Source: Veleropilina oligotropha
Lineage: Eukaryota
Assembly (NCBI GenBank): GCA_048128005.1
Contig: JBEUKZ010000080.1
Location: 372,001-436,000 of the forward strand
Direction: 5' to 3'
Length of the DNA stretch: 64,000 nucleotides
Shown here: piece after piece, positions 52,520-64,000 of the stretch
Numbering within the stretch: the first letter of the stretch is position 1
How the letters are laid out: the number at the start of each line of letters is the position of its first letter
Notes under the pieces: model-generated
Databases searched by the model: none
The model's input: the letters and a program-made list of their open reading frames with translations, nothing else
Told to the model about the DNA's origin: nothing
Program-made: the position numbers and the translations under genes

Positions 52520-53348
52520 AAGCCGGGGTTCCATATGCACGATGTCCGACAAACGACGTCCGTCATCCGACGTCCGAAAAAATATAAAACGTGGTTCCAT
52601 ATGCACGACTGCGACATGCGTCAAAACGTATAAATTCAGCCTTTTATTCATTTACCTCCTCGTGTTAATTACTACATTACGAGTAGGCCTAATATAACAT
52701 CGATCATTGTTAGGTCATAGTTCAACGTGATTTGTCTGATCGCCATTGAAATTACTAATAATTATGTAATACGATAGTACATTATCACCTTTCTCAAGAT
52801 AAATGGACTTTGTCACGCCAATGCGGCCATTTATTATGGTGTATATACATATTCTATATATAGGGGCCTAATTAAGCCTCTACTATAAATACTATTATAG
52901 GTCTCGTTCCCTTTAGTAATTTAACCAGTCATATTGGCTACTTTCAATTGCCGCCGCAACGCTGTTCCATGCATTGCTGTTTAATATGGCATCTTTATAC
53001 TCAGCAAGGGATGCATTATAAAACAAATGGTCTGTCTCTAACAATAATTATTAGCTTTTCAGTGCTTTCCGTAGTAATCTTTATAGTGCGAGGCGGTATG
53101 GTGATGTGTAGGGAAAACACCTACGTTATTATATAATATGACGTCATGTTTCGGAATCCCCCATCCGACAGTCCGAATTTCTAAATTTTTCGCGACACGT
53201 AGCGAAAAAAATATTCGGACGTCGGACGTCGTGTGTCGGACGTCGTGCATATGGAATCGGTCCTTATATATTATCATGAAAGCGGTAAATTCGCATGTCG
53301 GATGTCGTACGTCGGACGTCGGACGTCGTGCATATGGAACCCCGGCTT
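52520..53348. mobile_element. MITE, ~830 bp (Harbinger-like termini)
   Basis: TIRs AAGCCGGGGTTCCATATGCACGA and TCGTGCATATGGAACCCCGGCTT, with GTCGGAC subterminal repeats. Flanked by TA/TA (or TAA/TTA if the ends are one base shorter). Confidence 0.88.
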
Positions 53349-53464
53349 TAGTCCATTTTTGCTAATATTATCAGTTTTGCGACCGCATTTGACATTTTTC
53401 AGTTTTATCGCAGTTGTGACAGTCTTTTAAGGTCTCCCATCCGACCGACATATGGGCGTGCACC

Positions 53465-53572
53465 TTTTATTATGTAAGCGCTATAATGAACTGCATGGGG
53501 ATCGAACCCGATCCCATCTAACAGTATCGTTTATTGTACGATGATCTAGCCACTCGAACGCCGAGGCCGCCC
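53465..53572 (-). mobile_element. Short tRNA-derived SINE with L2-like tail
   Basis: Minus strand: GGGCGGCCTCGGCGTTCGAGTGG...GGGTTCGATCCCC...TATAGCGCTTACATAATAAAA. Confidence 0.5.
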
Positions 53573-54161
53573 ACATCATTGATATAATATGATTTCCGTT
53601 TATTTAATAGCTTTACAATAAATGAGTTATTATCCATTTCTCTTTTATATATAATTATGTGATTATATATTTGATAGGCATTTGTAACAACGAAAATCAA
53701 CTCTAACAAGAGCCCTCGTAGGCGGCCATTAATATATTTTACGTAAATGATATCTTGACATCAAATTGCAACAATGTAACGACGTACGCTATTTTTAGTA
53801 TGTTCTCGGTTGATATGTGTATCAAACTGTTCTCTGTTCAGCGGCGTAGCTTCAAACACAGTTCGCCTCGTCACGTGATTTTATTCGCCAGTACGCAAAA
53901 CGATAACCGAGACAAAGTCGAGTGTATAACCCAAATTTATGTAAAGCTGGCATATGCACAGGTGGTTTCGTAAACTAAGATGGCCAATATCAAATTGGTG
54001 ACCATCGTCTAATATGAATTATTTAAATGCTACTATATGCAAAAAGTCCTCGAAAGGCCATTTCTAAAATAAAATCAAACCGAGGTGTCCTCGTTCTGCA
54101 GACTGTCCTCGGTTAGAAGGTGTGTAATGTGATGACTGTTCTCGGTTGTCACCATTAACAA

Positions 54162-54663
<502 letters not shown>

Positions 54664-55659
54664 TATATCCGGGTAATTTTACATAGCGCCAAAGTGTTTA
54701 ATAACAACCGTAACACACATGTGTCTTATTGACTTTTTAATTGTGATTGGATACTTTTATCAAAGAAACATAATAACAACCAATGACAGAGCGGGTTACA
54801 AAAGTTCATTGGTGGTGTGTACCCTCCTTTTACTACGAAAAACGCATGGCCACTTCAAATTATATTAATGTCGATAGTAGCGATCAAAGAAAATACATGC
54901 AACTGCAACTAACGACCAATATTTAGTTGAAATATTAGGTTCACAGATTCGTATAAACCTTACCATCTCTAGCTCTAGATCGTTTAACTCTCGATTAAAT
55001 GTCAGGGTAGGCCAGTGTATAGTTTAGCGAAAGCGGTGTTCATTTCATTCGAGAATGGCCGTCATTTTATGACGCTTCGAATCAATTTTGGATGTAAATT
55101 AACATATTAACTTTGCATATTTATAAAAATATTGTGAAAACGTGTTTATGATTGTTAACATATACAAAGCCGACAAAACTGTCATGATTGTGATACTTTA
55201 TAATTATGTAAGTTGGCGAAGTTGATTCGATAGCAGACGACAACTCGCTCAAACTCCTCGACGAAATAATGAAATAGACACATATAGGCCTCGCGCATTT
55301 AATGTTATTTTAATAGAGCTTGTTTGATAAGTATAATATTGAAAAGCGACATTAGTTCTATTCGTAACATCAATTTTTGCTCTTTATGGTTTATAGATTA
55401 GATAAAACCGGGGATATGTTTCACACCCATTGCCGCATTTTCATGACGTCAACGTTCAATTTACAATTTCACCTTCTGCAATATTATTACGCCGCATAAT
55501 TATGTTAGAACGCGTCACCAAAATTAAAATCAACATTGCATGTACAGCTTGCTTCTTTATAAATTTGAGATATATGATAAATAGAATCTCACATTCGTGG
55601 TCATTTAATATCACATTTATGAAACTTGTTAAATAATTTTCATATTTTCCTCGGTGAAA

Positions 55660-56765
55660 CCTCAGAAAATATGAAAATTAGTTAACTCGTTTGTGATAAG
55701 AAACGTTTCGTTCGTTTTATATAACTATGTATATTATTGTATAAAGTCTGATTTTCGTCAACAGATTTTTAGGAATTACCAAATAAAAGATCTTGTACTG
55801 TTGCGTCTGTTAGGATATTTGTCAGTATCTCATTTCTTTCCGATGTGTAATTTGGACAGTCATAAAAGTAATGTATAGCATCCTCGTACAGGGCTCCACA
55901 TGAACAATTTGAGTTCACAATGATATGATTATTGAATAAGTCCGCATGGATTGTGCTTCAATTGTTTCGAATTTTAGTATGTAAAATTTCCATATTTCTT
56001 GGCAAAGGTTTGCAGTTGTTCCATATCATATATTCCATAACAAGTTTATTTGCATTTTTTAAGGATTGTAATGTTGGTAAAGTTTTCTTTTTGTGTTCAA
56101 GATTGTTCCACAAGGCAACGGTGGATGGAAAGAATGATTTCGAGTCGCCTCAAGGCGACACGGGATACGATTGAAATGTTCCCTGTTTCTTAATTCATCA
56201 TTTGTGACGTTGTGTACAAACGGTGGAAATAATTGAACTAAATAATCAGGGCTTTGCCATTAATAATCTTACATAGAGAGTTGAGTTTTATGTTATTTCT
56301 CCGAAATCCAAGATCCCCTAGCCCAGTTTCTTTGTATAATACGTATTCGAATAGCAGCATATCTCGGTAAGCCTGTAATAGCTCGCATTGCTTCATTTTG
56401 AATAAGATTTAGCTTATTTGCGTCACTTTCAGATAAGTTACTCCATACCTCCACCGCATACTCGAAACATGATCTATAAATGTTTTATATATTTGGAGTA
56501 ATTTATCTTTATTTAGGATAAATTTCAATTTCCGCATAGCCGACACTTTTTGGATGCAGTTTGAGCTAGGATTTCTATATGTTTTGTCCATTTCCCATCG
56601 GATGAAAATGTCAATTCCAAATGCTTGTGTTCGGATGCAAATTTAACTGGATTTTGATCTAAGATTAAATTTGGTTTGTCATTTTGGCTGGAAGATATTA
56701 GTATAGCTTCCGTCTTTGTTGGATTGAAAGATACTAACCACTCTGATATTGCTCTTAAGTCGGTG
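55660..56765 (-). pseudogene. 5'-truncated CR1-group LINE ORF2 (RT C-terminal region), decayed
   Basis: Minus-strand frames give WLVSFNPTKTE, HKHLELTFSSDGKWTKHI, IYKTFI, EYAVEVW, IQNEAMRAITG, FPSTVALWNNL and CSCGALYEDAIHYFYDCPNY, with frameshifts. Confidence 0.88.
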
Positions 56766-56805
56766 TTGATTAAATTTTATAATTGATTTTGAACATTTGA
56801 AAAGT

Positions 56806-58763
<1,958 letters not shown>

Positions 58764-58767
58764 TACA

Positions 58768-60305
<1,538 letters not shown>

Positions 60306-60677
60306 ATAATTAATAGACATTAATTAATATATGATATTTGGATCGGATTTTCTGGTAATCGGAGAACGAATAATTAAGCATTTATCCTCGATGTTAATTT
60401 AGTAATAAGCGAATAAACGCATATGTAAATCACTATTACCTCTTGGTGGTAGAAATCGTCACCACAATGGCGGCATGGCGATGAATGACATTGTTTTCGT
60501 CTAAAAATCACTTTATGTGGTTTCTGAGCATTTTAAAACTATTTCAATGTATACCGGTGCTTAAATTTGGAAAACTGTTTATTTTCACTGTAATAATACT
60601 AGGAAATTAGAAATATATATATATAAATGTATAATTATGATTTTTGTTTTGAAGACCGTGTGACCTTTTCTGATTAA

Positions 60678-60968
60678 TCTTAATATAATGGAGCTATAAT
60701 TGTATGCGGGTCTGTCTGTTTCAAGTTGAACTCCTCCCAGACGCTTTGACCTAGGACCTTCAAACTTTGGGGGGTTAATCGGGGTCCCCCAAGGAAGGTT
60801 TACCACGAAAAAAATTCTGAAAATTCGCGAAAAAAAAAAAAATTTACTATCATTTTTAATATAATGGAGAAAAAAAAAAAGAAAAAAAAAAGGGTGCACT
60901 ATCCAAAAAAAAATAAAAAAAATTTGGCCTGGGGGGACTTACCCGGCGAAGACGGGTACCAATGCTAG
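60678..60968 (+). mobile_element. Non-autonomous Helitron, 291 bp
   Basis: Inserted as A|TC...CTAG|T, with (GTCT)n near the 5' end and subterminal hairpin TACCCG-gcgaaga-CGGGTA shortly before CTAG. Confidence 0.8.
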
Positions 60969-61199
60969 TCGTAGTAATTAACAAGACCGATGCGCTCGAA
61001 ATATGTCTCTATATCTATACACCGATCGATATCTCCACACTCTCTAACTCGCTAAAGTAATAATTCAAATAATTTTGCATTCAACAGGTAAATATCATTA
61101 ATTTAAGCATGCGCAGTATCCACAGGCCACATAAGCCATATTCAGCTATGATTATGGGAGGCTTATTCCAATAGAATTACTTCGAATATTGAGAAGTCA

Positions 61200-61625
61200 C
61201 GAATATGACAGTGGAACAGTGAGGCCAGGCTGCTCCTCTGGTGCAGGTCGATCAGAGGCTGGCCAAAGTGCTCGGCCCTTCGTCTCAATTGATCATGCAC
61301 AGAGGTAAGGGTGTTGCTTAGCGTATTCTTGATTGATTTGTCGGTTTGCAGATATTTCTCAGCCAACGTCTTTGCTTGTGTTGCAGAGTTCCTTCATGTT
61401 CATGTACCTCGTCATATAGCTCATCTTCCAGGTGACATTTAGCTTTCACTCGATCTGCTTAGTCGGTGTCTAGGTTTCGCATATGTAGAGCAGGACACAC
61501 TCCATGGTGACAGTGAAAAGGGTGATCTTTAATCGATCTGCAAGTAACTTTTCCATTCAGGCCTAACCAGGCGAGTGCTATCTGGACAATTTCGCAATTA
61601 AAGCCGACCTTGGCCTTGATATCCG
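61200..61625 (-). pseudogene. RTE-like LINE fragment, highly decayed
   Basis: Minus strand reads IALAW...LKITLFTVTMECVLLYICET*TPTKQIE*KL, resembling the RTE motif LF.ATVESVLLYGCETWTLTK. Confidence 0.55.
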
Positions 61626-62960
61626 AAATTTCACCGCCTTGCACAATGGCTCGTTAACGAGGGATTAGCACACCAAAGGATATCATGCTGGCTTGTACAT
61701 GACCTGAGATCTAGTCTGGACAAGGTCTGTGTCAGGAAAGTACATTTTGACCTCTGTGACCTAGACTTTGACCGAACAACAAAACTGAACATTAATGCAC
61801 TCACTATCAGAGAATAATTTGGTGGAAAAAATTAAAAAAAAATAAAATATAGAAATGCCCGATATGGAATATTTTATCATGGTCACAATGCCAAGGTCAA
61901 AGGTGCAAAATTTTAGCGCCGTGCACATGCTTGAAGTGTGGGCCATGCATCTACAAAGAAATTAGAAGGATAAGATTGGAAATATACGAGAACCAGGACG
62001 GACACGATTTAGGGATCAAAGGTCATTACGGCAAGGTCAAAGGACATTACGCCGCCTTGCACAATGGCACGTTAAGGGGGGATAGCATATCACAGGAAAT
62101 CATGCTGGCATATACATGACCTGAGATCTAATCAGGACAAGATGTGTGTCAGGAAAGTACATTTTGACCTCTGTGACCTTGACCTTTGACCGAACACCAA
62201 AATTGAACATTGTTATATAAAGTACTCACCCTCAGGAAAATATTTGGTGAAAAAACTTAGAAAATAATAAAATATAAAAATGCCCAAATATAAAATTTGT
62301 TATCAAGGTCAACGGTCAAAAGTGCAAAATGTTAGAACCCTGCACATGCCTGAAGTGTGGGCAATGCATCTACAAAGAAATTAGAAGGATAGGTTTGAAA
62401 TCTCCGGGAACCAGGCCGGACGCGATTTGGGGGTCATCAAGGTCGAAGGTCGTTTTCGCAAAAATTTTGCCGATAAACACAGTGGCATGCCAGGGCGGTT
62501 TAACATACCAAAGGAAATAATGCTGGCGTGTATACGACCTGAGATCTAGCCCCGATAAGGTGCGTGTCAGGAAAGTACATTTTGACCTCTGTGGCCTTGA
62601 CCTTTGACCGAACAACTAAATTGAACATTGCTATCTAACCCTAACCCTCACCCTCAGGAAAACAACAAAATATAATAATTACCAAATTTTTTTTATCAAG
62701 ATCAGTGCCATGGTTAAAGGTCAAATTGACATGTCTGAAGTGTAGGCCATGCATCTGCAAATAAATTAGAAGGATAAGATACGAAATCTCGAAGAGCCAG
62801 GCCGGACACAATTTCGGGGTCAAAGGTCATTACGTCAAAATCGAGGGTCGTTTTCGAAAAAATTTGTCGAAAAGCACAATGCCATGCTAGGGCGGTTTAA
62901 CATACGAAAGGCAATAATGCTGGCATGTATGGGACCTGAGATCTACCCCGGATAAGAAAA
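61625..62960 (-). repeat. Diverged ~415-bp tandem repeat (~3.3 units) related to the 1601-3980 array
   Basis: GACCTGAGATCTA at 61701, 62118, 62536 and 62933. TTTTGACCTCTGTGACCTTGACCTTTGACC is the reverse complement of a block in the 435-bp unit. Confidence 0.85.
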
Positions 62961-63067
62961 GGTACCTGTTCTGTAGTGACAACTAAACTGGCTTCTCTTT
63001 CTCTCTTCTTTAACAGGTAATCATATCTATCATGATGAGACGCATCTCCTACCTGACACTTCATTGC

Positions 63068-63487
63068 ATTCGCCGACGTAGTTCTGTGAGAAGGTATTCC
63101 AATTGGGTCGGTTAGTCTCTCTGTCTGTCTGTCTATCTATCTGTCCGCGAGCTTATCTCAACAACCGTATCCGATTTACTGAACTTTTGAACACGAGATA
63201 AGATCCAACGTATGCTCGGTCCTCCCGAATGATGATCCGAATCTGAAAGCGGATCCTGATTTTATGACGCCATTTCCGGTTTGCGGATTTTCTGTCCGCG
63301 AGCATATCGCAACAACAATTGATCCAATTTAGTCAATTTTTGCCACCAGATAAGGTCCACCCTAGGCTCGGTCGGTCTTTCTCGGAGTACAAACTTCAAA
63401 TGAGGCTAAAATTTATTCGCAGATATTTCTTGCTTTCACCATTCCTTGCCCCCGAGGAGAAGGTTTGCAATCTCTGAATGCATTGTT
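63068..63487 (+). mobile_element. HINE-like element
   Basis: GAGAAGGTATTCCAATTGGGTCG, (GTCT)n and two body repeats. 3' GAGAAGGT, hairpin TGCAATC-TCT-GAATGCA and TTGTT. Confidence 0.6.
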
Positions 63488-63556
63488 GACGAAGAAGCAG
63501 GCTTCATTGTATCTCTGTTCGTAGCTGGCGTTGTCAGTCTTGGCAATCTTCTCTTG

Positions 63557-63989
63557 ATGGCTGGAACAAATGTTGGTTCTTTTCCTTTATACGACCCCAA
63601 ATTTATACTAAAGGCAAATGCAGCTTGCGATAAGATACACGTGATGGGTACGTAGTTGTATTGGCTTTACAAACGTACATACACCGGACCGGAGGTTCAC
63701 CTGTTGCTAGTCCCCATGGATTTAACAGTTAGATCAATAATCTAATAATTATTGCATGTTCATTTCCAATTGACCTAGTTGGAGCACAGTTGCGTGGTTT
63801 ATGCTCGTCAAGTAAAATATCTTTCTACTTGACAATAACATATATGGATCTTTATTTCATGTATCAAACAGTAAGGTAGCATACTTATATTGTAATGTAT
63901 GAATAAAAATTTGGTATTATTATTCCAATCTATAATTTGAAAATTTGGGGTTGTATAAAGGAAAAGATCCCAAATGTTTAAGCTGCCAT
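63557..63989. mobile_element. Old MITE candidate (inverted arms)
   Basis: TCTTTTCCTTTATACGACCCCAAATTT (63578-63604) is inverted with AAATTTGGGGTTGTATAAAGGAAAAGA (63941-63967), 1 mismatch. Degenerate extension outward. Confidence 0.55.
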
Positions 63990-64000
63990 TTTATTTGCCA

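Noticed and set aside
55020..55110. Possible displaced N-terminus of the acyl-CoA ligase (AVFISFENGRHFMT)
   Set aside because: The resemblance is too weak to support without an alignment.
62635..62655. Interstitial telomere (CTAACC)n
   Set aside because: Only two perfect copies plus variants, within a repeat unit.

Overview
Repeat-saturated eukaryotic (animal, probably lophotrochozoan/molluscan) DNA with no intact host gene. The main structure is a ~28-kb nest (about 6.2-34.1 kb) inside a Helentron-associated (HINE-like) element carrying a 62/63-bp satellite. The nest holds four DIRS1-like tyrosine-recombinase retrotransposon segments of two families. Copy A (9116-17534) is decayed and carries a 6-bp-TSD MITE. 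C1 (18983-19588) is a family-2 left end. Copy B (19589-26883) has apparently identical ITRs and an open RT-RNaseH-MT frame, but broken gag and YR. Copy C2 (26881-34051) is family 2, lacks pol/YR and carries three nested insertions. Junctions share a TAT core (one-base changes at two right ends), both families share a 15-bp terminal arm, and B is fused exactly to the C2 left terminus. The rest of the window has further HINEs, CAGGG-ended TIR elements, a Tc1 (DD34E) pseudo-transposon, mariner/pogo/Harbinger-like MITEs, a non-autonomous Helitron, tRNA-derived SINEs, CR1- and RTE-like LINE fragments, very long microsatellites and an intronless acyl-CoA synthetase pseudogene. All alignments were done by eye; no database search was run.
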